In this document: positions 13,547 to 26,565 of the stretch, piece by piece
Layout: the number at the start of each line of letters is the position of its first letter
Numbering within the stretch: position 1 is the stretch's first letter
Origin: Octopus sinensis
Taxonomy: Eukaryota
Direction of reading: 5' to 3'
Assembly (NCBI RefSeq): GCF_006345805.1
Contig: NC_043018.1
Coordinates: 1,612,001 to 1,676,000, forward strand
Length of the DNA stretch: 64,000 nucleotides
The notes under the pieces: generated by a model
What the model saw: only the letters and a program-made list of their open reading frames with translations
The model's database searches: none
What the model was told of the DNA's origin: nothing
Program-made: the position numbers and the translations under genes

Positions 13547-14276
13547 ATGGAGGGATATCGTTGTAAGTAAATATGTACTTGCATCTCATCTAAATCATAC
13601 CATCGGTACTTGCGTAAGCAGATTTAAATCTGTGTCTATACATTTATTTACGTACGTCTTCAGAAGCTTTCTGATTCTATGTGTAGATGCTTCTAGTCGC
13701 CTAGGCACGAAAGCGAAAGTTCATAGCTACAACGTAATTGCATCACCATTCCAGCAGACTTCATATACTCTCGTATCCGTGCGTGACTGCACATCATATA
13801 TACAACCGATGTATCCAAGGCAAAAATAGAGCAGCTCATATTTGCATGCACGAATGCATGTACATGCGCCCACCCATATCGCAATTTTTCTCCCCAATCT
13901 CTAAGTATATGACGTGTACAATATATATATATATATACACATAGATATACTTATATACAAAGATATACATATATATATTTATATATACACGCACACACAC
14001 ACACAACAACACACACCACACACACACACACACACAAACACACATATATATGTACATATATATATATATATATAGACATATACGTACGTTCATACATGAG
14101 CACGTATATACAAATACAAACGTAGATATATAAATACATACACACAGGAACACAAACGCCCACATATATGCATGTATAAGTATTTACAGTTGCATGGATA
14201 TATATATCTTCTCATGTCTTGGTATGTACGCAGGTATGTATATTAATATATATTTGTATGTATATATATGTATATG

Positions 14277-14445
<169 letters not shown>

Positions 14446-15181
14446 ACATACATATATACATAGATCTTTATCTCACTACACGTATTGGTCTGTCAGATGT
14501 TTCTCCTTTTATTCTTGAACATCAATAATACAGAAGGGATGTGATAACGTCCGTATTTCAGCTACAGCGAATCTCTGCAAGATTTAAATATATATGTTTC
14601 TTATATTCTCATTTATGAATCGTTGTAGATAAAAATCGATATAATATAATTTATGACAACACATGCGAAGCAGAAACGTGCGAGCAAAATTAACCGAGAA
14701 AGTTGCAGCGTCATTCATTAATGTTTTGTATAGAAGATGTATGTTCTACATCAAAGGTTATGGGAGAAGTCATTGGACGTCCTTCTGAGGAGCAAAGAAT
14801 AACTGCTGAAACGGCTTTACAGGAGACTAGTCCTGATTTCTACCCATCTCAGGTGCATAAGAACATAGTTTTGACGCTCACATATACATTCACATACACA
14901 CGCACACACACTCACTCACATATACATTTATATGTGCGTGTATGTGTATTTATATATGTATATATATATATAATAATAAATATTAGGGAATAAATCCAAA
15001 TTTACAGGGAAATTAATTTATATTAAATTTTTTTATGTATTGGATTAAGTCTTTCTTAGTTTGATTTGCTAAATAGTGGTTTTGTGTCTAATAATATTAT
15101 GTATATATATATATAATATATATATATATATATTATTTATATACATACACACACACACACACATGTATATATATGTGTGTG

Positions 15182-15218
<37 letters not shown>

Positions 15219-16049
15219 CATACATACTATATATACATGCATACATACATAATATATATATATATATTATATAATATATATATATATATATATTATATCT
15301 TCTATATAAACGGCAGTTTGTCTGTGTGGTGTTTCTGTGTGTCTGTTTTCTTGTACCCTCACCCTGACCACGGCTTTCAACCGATTCTGATGAAACTTGA
15401 CACACACATAGCCCAATGTCATAATTCAAAACTAACGCAGCGAAAATTTTGAAAAGTTCCCCCAGCTCTGAAAAAAATCGATAAATTCGACATGGGGTCG
15501 AGAATCAAAACACAAACAAAAACTGTCTAGGGGACGCAACTCCACTTTTTTAAACTCTCAAAAAAATTTACCATCATTTTTTTTCCATTCTTTGCCTATT
15601 TTTTGGCTATAACTCTCTAAAAATGCTTTATAGTATTTCCCTTACAAACCTGAGCAAACGCGCGATTACGCTAGTATATATATAAACGGCAGTTTGTCTG
15701 TGCGTTTCTGTGTGCTGTTTCTCGTATCACTCTGACCACGGCTTTCAAATCTGATACTACACACACATAGCCCAATGTTTATAACGCAGCGAAATTTGAA
15801 AAGTTCCCCTCTATCATTCGACCATGGGGTGAAATCAGAAACCCAAACAAGCCGTTAGGGGACGCAACTCCAGCTTTTTACTCTATTTACCATATTTTAT
15901 TTTTTTGCTATTTTTTGGCTATAACTCTTAAAAAATGCTATAGTTATTTCCTACAACCTACGCCGGGCGATATAGTATTATATATAATATATATATATAC
16001 ATATACCACACATACATATATATATATATATGTATTATATATACATATC

Positions 16050-16080
<31 letters not shown>

Positions 16081-16096
16081 GCTATATATCATATAC

Positions 16097-16141
<45 letters not shown>

Positions 16142-16647
16142 GGCAGGTTGTCTGTCTGCGTTGTCTGTGTGTCTGTTAGGTTGTATACCCTCACCTGACC
16201 ACGGCTTTCAACCGATTCTGATGAAACTTGACACACACATAGCCCAATGTCATAATTCAAAACTAACGCAGCGAAAATTTTAAAAAGTTCCCCCCCAGTT
16301 CTGAAAAAAATCGAAAAAAATTCGACATGGGGTCGAGAATCAGAAACACAAACCACAGACTGTCTAGGGGACGAACTCGACCTTTTTAACTCACAAAAAA
16401 ATTTACCATAATTTTTTTCCCCATTTTTTGCTATTTTTTGGCTATAACTCTCTAAAAATGCTTTATAGTTATTTCCCTTACAAACCCGAGCAACGCAGGG
16501 CGATACTGTAGTATATATATATTATATATATATATATATTGGTAAAATCGGTAAGATACAAAAGAAAGAAAGAAAACTCAATATTATGCAAATAGAGGGA
16601 ATTTATCTGTAAAATATGCCAATTATTCGGTAGCGTTTTGTCAGATG

Positions 16648-16717
16648 GCCAATAAACCGAAGAGATGGTGGTGTGGATTTCCACCTCGGCATCCGAAACT
16701 CAGAATTTTACCTTGGC
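16648..16717 (+). ncRNA. Hammerhead-like motif (CCGAAGA core), copy 1
   Basis: Same as 17828-17897 but with weaker helix I (GCCAAUAAA/UUACCUUGGC). Confidence 0.45.
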
Positions 16718-17163
16718 TACCGAATAATTGTCACATATTATTTTACAGATATGTATATATATATATATATATTATATATATATCTTTATATATAAAAGTA
16801 AGGTTGCGTGTCTGTCTACTCCGATTTAGATTCCTAACTACTCCCACATTTTGCGATGCAGTGCAGTTAACCAAAACCGTATCTTATAGTCGTGATTATA
16901 TCGAGACCTTCTGGGTATTAGCGCGCGTCTACGATGAGTCTACGATTTAAAAATAATTTAACATCATTTTTTTTCCATTTTAATGCACATTTTTTTAAAT
17001 ATAAGGGAAGTAACTCTCTAAAATGTCTACGATGAGTCAACGATTTAAAAAAAATTTACCATAATTTTTTTTCCATTTTTTTGCTATTTTTTGCTATAAC
17101 TCTCTAAAAATGCTTATAGTTATTTCCCTTACAAACCTGAGCAACGCCGGGCGATACTGCTAG

Positions 17164-17195
<32 letters not shown>

Positions 17196-17286
17196 CACAC
17201 ATATATATATATATATATGTATATATACATTACACACATACATACATATATATATATATATATATGTTATATATATACATACATAC

Positions 17287-17324
<38 letters not shown>

Positions 17325-17827
17325 AACGGCAGGTTGTCTGTCTGCGTGTCTGTGTGTCTGTTAGGTTGTACCCTCACCCTGACCACGGCTTTCAACCGAT
17401 TCTGATGAAACTTGACACACACATAGCCCAATGTCATAATTCAAAACTAACGCAGCGAAAATTTTGAAAAGTTCCCCCAGTTCTGAAAAAAATCGAAAAA
17501 TTCGACATGGGGTCGAGAATCAGAAACACAAACCACAGACTGTCTAGGGGACGCAACTCGACCTTTTTAACTCACAAAAAAATTTACCATAATTTTTTTT
17601 CCATTTTTTTGCTATTTTTTGGCTATAACTCTCTAAAAATGCTTTATAGTTATTTCCCTTACAAACCCGAGCAACGCCGGGCGATACTGCTAGTATATAT
17701 ATATATATATATATATGTTGGTAAAATCGGTAAGATTACAAAAGAAAGAAAGAAACTTCAATATTATGCAAATAGAGGGAATTTATCTGTAAAATATGCC
17801 AATTATTCGGTAGCGTTTTGTCAGATG

Positions 17828-17897
17828 GCCAGATAACCGAAGAGATGGTGGTGTGGATTTCCACTTCGGCATCCGAAACTCAGAATTTTATCTTGGC
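17828..17897 (+). ncRNA. Hammerhead-like motif (CCGAAGA core), copy 2
   Basis: Helix I GCCAGAUAA/UUAUC(U)UGGC, core CCGAAGA, helix II GAUG..GUGG/CCAC..CAUC, GAAA, helix III ACUCAGAAU, H17=U; inside inverted repeat 17785-17930. Confidence 0.55.
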
Positions 17898-17928
17898 TAC
17901 CGAATAATTGTCACATATTATTTTACAG

Positions 17929-17966
<38 letters not shown>

Positions 17967-18759
17967 TTATATATAAAAGTAAGGTTGCGTGTCTGTCTAC
18001 TCCGATTTAGATTCCTAACTACTCCCACATTTTGCGATGCAGTTTAACCAAAACCGGGTATCTTATAGTCGTGATTCATATCGAGACCTTCTGGGTATTA
18101 GCGCGCGTCTACGATGAGTCTACGATTTAAAAAATAATTTAACATCATTTTTTTTCCATTTTAATGCACATTTTTTTAAATATAAGGGAAGTAACTCTCT
18201 AAAAATGTCTACGATGAGTCAACGATTTAAAAAAAATTTACCATAATTTTTTTTCCAATTTTAATGCATTTTTTGCTATTTTTTGGCTATAACTCTCTAA
18301 AAATGCTTATATAGTTATTTCCCTTACAAACCCGAGCAACGCCGGGCGATACTGCTAGTATATATATATATATATATATAGTTGGCAAAAGTATTACTTA
18401 CGATAACTTGTCATTTTTATTACTGTTACTTTTGAAAGCATCCGGTAACGTGCCACTCTGCCAATACGTTTGGACTAAGGGTTCTTTTGGAGGAGGGACG
18501 ACTCTTTTATTCACACGCTGCAAATAATCGCAATACTTGTGACCATAAAAGATGAAAAGAGAAATCATTGGAAGCTTCTTAAGTTTTGAAGAACGATGAT
18601 CGAAAAGCCATACCAGGCAGGTAGCATGTTGCGGGTCAAATTCGACTCTAAATTGACAAGAGGAAGCGAACGAGTCTTCTGGCGAACCGCACCCCCCGCC
18701 CCTTGGGTAATAAACCAATTGTACGAACATAACCCCGTTAAAGAATGATGCTATTAGTG

Positions 18760-19530
18760 AGAGGAAGTATAGCCTCTCTTAGTTTCATGATCGGTTTATA
18801 CCGCATTATTTTGAAGGTTATTCTTTCGTGTTCGAGAAACAGGTAATTTGCTACAAAATACTTGGCAAAATAAAGAGAGAATGTGAAGAGCCTAATCTCC
18901 CAAGATGCAAACGAAAATGTCGATTATGTCACTTCTCCGTGGAAGATATTGCACACGCGATCAGTAGTTAACCAAAAGTGTCGTTATGATAATACCTTAG
19001 TATGCAGTTTAATGTTGCTGCGAAAACAATATAGAATATCATATGTAGGGATATTATCCTACGTAAAATATAGAAAACATTTCTGTTGTTCAATACATTC
19101 AAGCATACGTTTCTACAGAAGGCATGTTGCTGCAGCTTTCGCATCAAAACTGCAGCAAACTTCAAACATAACTGGCTTGATAAATTTGTTGGGAACAGAA
19201 ATGAAAAATAATGTCAAGTTGTAGAGATCAGCTTCCATGCCAGTGTGACCATTTCTTTCCAAACCAGTGAGATAGAGAATATTTACGGACAACTACTTCG
19301 AAATCGGCAGCTTCAATATACGGATTATAAATTTACATTTGTACCTATAATCATTGATACGCTTCTTGATATTAGCAAATGTATTCGCTGCAATCTCGAA
19401 GATATTTGGGGATTTTTTTCCGGACAAAGGAACGAGACTTGATGCCATAGAGTTTTTCAAATGCAAAACGCCAGTGGAACGTGAAGATATGATGCAATGC
19501 TTTTCTGAATTTCAACATGTTACTTCGTTT
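18760..19530 (+). pseudogene. Old RLE-type (R4-like) LINE C-terminal fossil, a different family from the 4-8 kb element
   Basis: HYFEGY, ATKYL, CRLCHFSVEDIAHAISS*PK (CCHC), CQVVEIS..ENIYGQLLRN..YTDYKFTFVPIII with stops. Confidence 0.78.
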
Positions 19531-19731
19531 TGTTTTTGTTATTAGAATTCTGGCGATGGGATTATATGTCCTTGCTAGAAAGCATTGAATGTTTCATTCA
19601 AATAATAAAGCACACACACACATATCACACGTAAATACGTGCATGCATACTTACACACATACATACACATATATGTATATATGTATGTATGTATTTATGT
19701 ATTTATGCATGCATGCATGTATGTATGCATG

Positions 19732-19788
<57 letters not shown>

Positions 19789-19789
19789 C

Positions 19790-19824
<35 letters not shown>

Positions 19825-19837
19825 TATATATATAATA

Positions 19838-20445
19838 GTATATGGTGTCTGTCTGCTTCTTATGCAGAGTTTGACCGCCTACTGTACCTACACCTTAGCA
19901 CCATCATGGCGTCTGATGTGGCTTTTTAAACCAATGTTCTGAAATGACACGCACATAGATTGCACCTCTGATTTGGACCAACAGATAAGTTCTGCTCTTT
20001 CTGAATTTTTAAATATCTTTTGAGGCCGCCGTTGGATTTGCAAACCTTATGGCATACACTGCATACAAAGGTGTACACAGACACATAGGCAGAATAGTTA
20101 TTGGAGGTTCGTTTTCCACGCGTTCGCAGATAATATTTAAGGCCAGCAAAAGACAGGCATGGTCTGTCACAGCCTGTGCACACAAAAAGGTCATTGTCAT
20201 TCACCTTCTCGGTCGTTACGTTCTTCTTTAGATCTCTTTTGAATTTTACTTGCGTTATCCTGGTCTCTTCAAATGATTTCACTCCACTCCACACCTTTCT
20301 TCGCCATCCAACTCGATCCGAAGAAAGGGTTTCTATATCGTCTGGAACCATTCCAAGTTGCTTCATATTAGTATTTATGCCGTCCTTAAACAATTTTTTA
20401 GGTTTACGCCGATAGCGTTTCCCCTCTGCAAGCGCATCATGCAAC
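19838..20445 (-). pseudogene. RTE-clade LINE 3' fragment with three C2H2-like fingers
   Basis: EGKRYRRKPKKLFKDGI..DRVGWRRKVWSGVKSFEE; CTGCDRPCLSFAGL, CSVCHKVCKSNGGL, CNLCACHF/IGLKSHIRRH. Confidence 0.8.
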
Positions 20446-20560
20446 AACGAAGTCCTTCCCCACCGAACTTATTCCTCCTGACCTTTCTCCTATCGACTAC
20501 CACTTTTTCAAGTACCTTGATGGTTTCTTGCGAGAAAATGATTTCAAAAATGAAAATGAT
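20440..20560 (+). mobile_element. Short mariner transposase fragment
   Basis: EVLPHRTY/PDLSPIDYHFFKYLDGFLRE with one frameshift. Confidence 0.75.
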
Positions 20561-20714
20561 CCTGGCACCTAGTACTTATTCCAGCACCCTGATTTGCCTA
20601 ACCGTTAGGTTACGGGGACAAACCAATACCGGGTTGCGGGGCAAACTCAGACAAAAAGACACACACATACACACTAACACAAGCACACACACACACACGC
20701 CTGTATATAAATAT

Positions 20715-20879
20715 ATATATATATAATATATCTCATCCTCGTCGTTAATCCAAACATGAACAAAGAGAAAACACAACAATGTGAGGACGTGGAACAAGTA
20801 TAGAGTTATTGGACGCTCAGGAAAGGAAAGAAATACGGAGGATTTAACGTTTCGAACAGATATCTTCGTCAGAAACATA

Positions 20880-20880
<1 letters not shown>
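20715..20880 (-). mobile_element. Penelope-like terminal-repeat-type short repeat containing a minimal hammerhead motif (20842-20876)
   Basis: Reverse strand GUUU-CUGACGA-A-GAUA-UCU-GUUC-GAAA-CG-U-U-AAAU; homologous to 47040-47200. Confidence 0.6.
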
Positions 20881-20934
<54 letters not shown>

Positions 20935-21663
20935 TACGTACATACATTCATACTGACATACAAATACAAACATACATATATACATACATGCATGTCTACA
21001 TGCAGACACACGTGCATACATGCATGCGTGCATAGATACATAATACAAACATAGATATATACATTCATATGCACACATGTACATATGTGTCTGTCAAGTA
21101 TGCATGTATGTCACAAATGCGCGTGTTTAGAATGTCTGTACGTACTTGTGTTGTTTGTTAGTGTGTGTGCATATCTGTGTGCGTGTGTGAGTGTGTTTGT
21201 CTGTGTGTGTTTGCCTGTGTGTTTGTGTGTGTTTGTGTGTGTTTGTGTGTGTATGTGTGTGTGTGTGCGCGCGTCAGTGATGTAAATCTTCTCAAGAACT
21301 TACGGATGTATTCTGTAAAGTAAAATGAGACGAAGTCGGCTGAGAACGATGAAATATGGCGACAAAATATCCGGAAATCTATAAATTACAACAGACATAT
21401 GAAATATCAAAAGTGATGCCTTTAACTGTGATTGAAAATCTTCAGATTAGGAAATCACCAAGAGATTTGATGGCCAGATACTGGTACGTCTATCTGATTA
21501 TCTATCGGTCTGTCTTTTTGAAATTTGCCTACAAGATCTCTTTGCAGTATAAATATAGCTTACTATTTCACGCTGACAGCAGCAATGACAGAAAACAACG
21601 CCAGACACCTGACAAAATGCTATCAGCTTCTTGAATGACAAACTTCAAGGTATAAGAATATAT

Positions 21664-21896
21664 ATTTCCTTACTGCCCACAAGGGGCTAAACATAGAGGA
21701 GACAAACAAGGACAGACAAACGGATTAAGTCGATTACATCGACCCCAGTGCGTAACTGGTACTTTATTTATCGACCCCGAAAGGATGAAAGGCAAAGTCG
21801 ACCTCGGCGGAATTTGAACTCAGAACGTAACAGCAGACGAAATACGGCTACGCATTTCGCCCGGCGTGCTATCGTTTCTGCCAGCTCGCCGCCTTA
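21664..21896 (-). mobile_element. SINE family B
   Basis: Near-identical to 957-1179. Confidence 0.88.
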
Positions 21897-21971
21897 AAGG
21901 TATAAGAATATATATGAGTAGAAGGCTGTGTAGAAAATGTATACAGCCGGAATTTTAATGTATTACGTCTA

Positions 21972-22190
21972 TACGAGGGGATGCTGAAATTTGCCTGACT
22001 TTAAGGGTTTTGCGATAGGCTTGTGGGTGGAGGGCAACACTTCCGACTTCTTTTACAGGGCTTAGGAAAACTGAAGGACCGTTTGAATAAAGTCTGTGAA
22101 TCAGAGAAGGGGGATATGCTGAATAAAATTATATTTAAGTGATCTTCCTTTATTTGTCTTTCACCAAAAGCCAGGAACTTTTTAGAACTT
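21972..22190 (+). mobile_element. Internally deleted mariner derivative (MITE-like)
   Basis: TACGAGGGGATGCTGAAA start, GLRKLKDRLNK C-terminal-like remnant, partial CCAGGAACTTTT at the other end. Confidence 0.6.
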
Positions 22191-22419
22191 TGAGCAAGTA
22201 TTTAATATATAAAATGTATACACCCAGAATGTGTGCACTTAGTAACGTATCCAGGAATCAGAGGGTTTGATCATGGGCTGAACAGGATTTCATAGTCAAA
22301 ATAGTGATATGCGCCGTCAGACAAAAAAAAAACACGGGTGTCTGAATTACAAGCATTGACCTAGTCTCGTTAGCTTATCAAAGATTCATGAACCAGAGTC
22401 ATGGCCATAGACGATGTGG

Positions 22420-22735
22420 ACCTGTGGAGGCACAAGGCCTAGGGGTTAGAGCAGCGGACACACTTGTCGAGGGATGGTGGGTTCGAATCTTAGAGCGGGC
22501 GATGTGTGTGTTTATGAGCGAAACACCTAAGCTCCACGCCGCTCCGGCAGAAGGTAGTGGCGAACCTCTGCTGACTCTTTCGCCACAACTTTCTCTCACT
22601 CTTTCCTCCTGCATCTTGCAGCTCACCTGCGATGGAACGGCGTCCCGTCCAGGTGGGGAACCTATACGCCAAGGAAACCGGGAAACCGGCCCTACGGCTC
22701 GAGAAGGAAGGAGCAATGTGGCCCTGCCTGAGAAA
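22420..22735 (+). mobile_element. Diverged SINE family A variant
   Basis: GTGGAGGCACAAGGCC.AGGGGTTAGAGCAGCG head; GAAACCGGGAAACCGG tail. Confidence 0.75.
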
Positions 22736-23977
22736 TCATACTGAAGTTATCTATGGGAAGTAAAATATATTGTTACCGAGAGGATAATGTATGGCTAGGG
22801 CTGTATTCGAGAAAGCAATATTTGTTAACGGTATTCACTGTTTTCAGTAACTCCGTTGATCTTTTTATTGTACAAAACTGAAAGAATACGTCATTGGCTC
22901 ACAGGAAAACAGAAATAATAGCTTTGCATATGACATTTCCTTGCAGAACCTGAAAAGGAAAGCAACAAATATGAATGGCAAGAAATAGAGTCTTGACACT
23001 GCGGAACGATACAGGAATGCAAGATGGTTATGATAGATGTATAGACATTAATGCAAGGGGGAAATATAAGCTAAGCTTGTAACGTCTCAATAAATAGGCT
23101 GTCATTTTCTATGATATATGATGAGGAATGCTGCAGATTCTTAAACATGGATAGGATATGATGGAGTTTTTTATCAAGGTGTGCGTAACCAGGGTTTATA
23201 ACATCTTAAATTTAATAACGATGGTCGTCATATCCCTCTTCATTCACTAACTTATTGGCTCAGAATATGTTTAATGCACAAATATGGATTCCAGTATTTG
23301 GACTACTCGACTTAACAGAAGAAAATATCCGTGATAATGATTTTAAAACAAAACAAGTGTTAACCAATAAATTTTTTTAACTCAGCAGTGATATACGACG
23401 ACTCTTCCTAAAACTAGAGCAAGAACACGACAGATGTATACATCAATTCAAGTATTTATTTTACTATGAACATGCCGAAGGACACAGAGAAACAGACAGA
23501 GGAAACCTTTTAAGCCCACACTAATGTCTTATAATTTATGTATAACCTGTATACAGTTTGTTTATTAAGGTTTCCCTGAAATCACTACGAAGTATGTCAA
23601 GCATGGCAACGCTACCACGGAATCATTTTGCATATCTAAGATATAGCAACATGGTATGTGGAAAATATGCGATTAGTTATGATTCGATTAGTTATTCAAA
23701 CGGTCGATTATTACTAAGGTATTTTTGTGTCTCTATTGCAATGGGTTTTCAGACAAATCAGTGTAGGCGTTTCGGGAGACACTCGTGCTAAAGCCGTGAT
23801 CTAAGGAAGCTTCCAAGTGACAGTAATGCTCATAACGATATTAAAGTATCTAAGGGTAACAACCAATATATCGGCTCCTATTTGGAACTAATAACAAAAT
23901 ACTTGACATTTAAGAGAAATAAAGGGACAGGAGTAAATCTACGGAAACTTTGAAGACGTTTAGAGCGGAAAAATTGA

Positions 23978-24046
<69 letters not shown>

Positions 24047-25259
24047 GGGAGTGTACCTAGTACCTCTCTCTCCCCTCTTCCTCTTTATCTCTCCTTCACA
24101 GTATTTGTCTGCGTGTTTGCCAGTTACTTGCTGCAGTGAACAAGGGAAGACGTGTTGCTGTTTAGGTCCGTCTTAGAGAAAACGGTCGCCGTCAAGGTAA
24201 GCGATTTTGTTTTTTCTCTGAGCTGGGTAGAATTATTTTCTTATTTTTATTACAGCATATTCTCTGGGGCATTTTCGCTTACCCTTGGCGGTGAATATGT
24301 TGCTTGTTTTGCAAGCAAACTGTGTGTGGCTTGTTGCAGGTGGGCTTGTTTGAACAGCCGGAGAAGCAAGCCGGAACTTTTTGAAGTAAATTGTTGTTTC
24401 TCAACAGTGGATAAAAATTGAAGAAGAATTTTTGTTGTTTTCAAACCAACTTAGAGGTTTCGAAAATTATGGATTTGAGGAAAGAGATTAAAAAATGTTT
24501 TGCTTAGTTACAAGCAAAGAACTGGATTTTACCATCAAATTGAGAGCTGTGAAGGAGCCGGGATCGAATAGGGCCAGAGTACCATTGTGGCCTGAATTTT
24601 TTTTTTCCGCCTGGAACTATATATTTTTATTTACTCTTTGTGAACTGTTGTTTTCCTTTCTCTTTCCTTTATGAACTATTTGTGGTGTGAACTATTATTT
24701 TCATTTCTTCCGCCTTTATTGAACAGTTTTCTCTATTTTTCTTGTGTTTAGAATTTTTGTGTTTTCGTTTATTTTATGTGGACATTTTATTTTCATGGCA
24801 GAGAATATGGAAAAAAATAAGTTCTTGTTCTTGATATTGTTTTGAGTCACTAAATTGACCCATTAGAATATGCTATAGAACGAGCGGTACAACGGGGGTG
24901 AAATAACCAGAACCCAACAGTTCTTCGGGTTTTTTTTTCATACGAATTTACTCTCTTTTAGAAGGAACTTCTAATGAGAAGTAAGGTTCATTCATCCCAA
25001 TGTTTCACTTGCTAATTAAACCATAACTGCGATTCTAACAGTTTGTAATTCTTTGGGTGAGTGTAGACCTGAGAACAATAGTGGCTAAGTGTGTTCCATT
25101 CACTTTAGATATCCGGATCTTCCGTACCAGAGCTCCACCATACGGCCCCCTTCAAAGTCATACTCAGGACATATTTACAAGCATATATACATACATGAAT
25201 ATTTATTTATGAATACATGCATACATGCACACATATTTTCATACATATATCCATAATGT

Positions 25260-25958
25260 GATGGAAGCACTCCGTCGGTTACGACGACCAGGATTCCGGT
25301 TGATCCGAATCAACGGAACAGCCTGCTCGTGAAATTAACGTGTAAGTGGCTGAGCACTCCACAGAGACGTGTACCCTTAACGTAGTTCTCGGGGATATTC
25401 AGCGTGACACAGAGAGTGACAAGGCCGGCCCTTTGAAATACAGGTACAACAGAAACAGGAAGTAAGAGTGAGAGAAAGTTGTGGTGAAAGAGTACAGCAG
25501 GGATCACCACCATCCCTGCCGGAGCCTCGTGGAGCTTTTAGGTGTTTTCGCTCAATAAACACTCACAACGCCCGGTCTGGGAATCGAAACCGCGATCCTA
25601 TGACCGCGAGTCCGCTGCTCTAACCACTGGGCCATTGCGCCTCCACCGCGTGTTGTATAAAGGCCTACATATCTGCGTATATGTTTGTGTGCGTGTGCAC
25701 CAATTTGTAAGTGTGTATATGTGTATGTATGTGCGTGATGGGTAATTGTGTATATATGTGCGTGTATGAGAGTATATTGAGCGTATATTGAGGTAGTTAT
25801 AATTTATTGAGACGCAAAACTTTTTAATCCAACTGGGTGGTCATATTGAACGTGTTTTCGCTCAATAAACACTCACAACGCCCGGTTTGGGAATCGAAAC
25901 CACGATCTTACGACCGCGAGTCCGCTGCCCTAACCACTGGGCCATTGCGCCTCCACAG
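25260..25958 (-). mobile_element. Chimeric SINE-A insertion (full SINE + 210-bp captured flank + second SINE head) bounded by 12-bp TSD TATCCATAATGT
   Basis: TSD at 25248-25259 and 25959-25970; 25649-25857 matches 2257-2467. Confidence 0.88.
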
Positions 25959-26565
25959 TATCCATAATGTATGCAGAGCATGACGTGTAAGACTGGCGGC
26001 AGATCGTGTTTTTCAAAATGGTGTTTGTGTATGTAGCACTCGTTCCGGAGAATATAGACAAATGCAGAAAGAATAACAAGCCCTTGCCATGGGTTTACAT
26101 ATTTTGTAGAACCTGTATAAACTTTGACTAATAGGGTTTCTCCAAGATCACTGGCAAATAATTTATAAGTGACTGATGAGATAGCTGAAGTAAGAAGAAT
26201 GTCTTCATGTCCTCCCGGAGAGCTCCTTATCGCCAGAGACGCAGTTAACGATCTATTTGATAGGCTACCGGGAATTTCTCTGTTATGGCTACAAGACTCC
26301 AATAAGTCTTGTCAAGTTTCCATCTGCGAATGCCAATGCCATTACAAGAATAACGAGAATACTGGGCACCTATCAGTGAGAAGAAAATCTATTACAAAAG
26401 TCAAAAGCAGAAATCGTTTATCTCGAAGAATATTCCGTGTTGTGATGTTCTATATAATACTGTTCTTCCGGTTACAGAAAACAGCAAAAAAATTAATTAC
26501 ATATATTCGGAGTTGACAAAGAATTCCTGAAGAGGTACTCCGAGTCTGAAGCGGATCTGTTATAT

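Larger units (their letters stand above)
15296..18360 (-). mobile_element. Cluster of HINE-like elements in (TA)n, including a duplicated ~1.19-kb composite unit
   Basis: Copies ending (C)TAGTA at ~15676, 15977, 16513, 17165, 17695 and 18360; unit [A-type + hammerhead repeat + B-type] at 16132-17165 and 17318-18360. Confidence 0.75.

Noticed and set aside
15676-15977. Apparently distinct short HINE subfamily
   Set aside because: Differs from neighbours mainly by scattered 1-bp deletions; more likely poorly polished or duplicated sequence.
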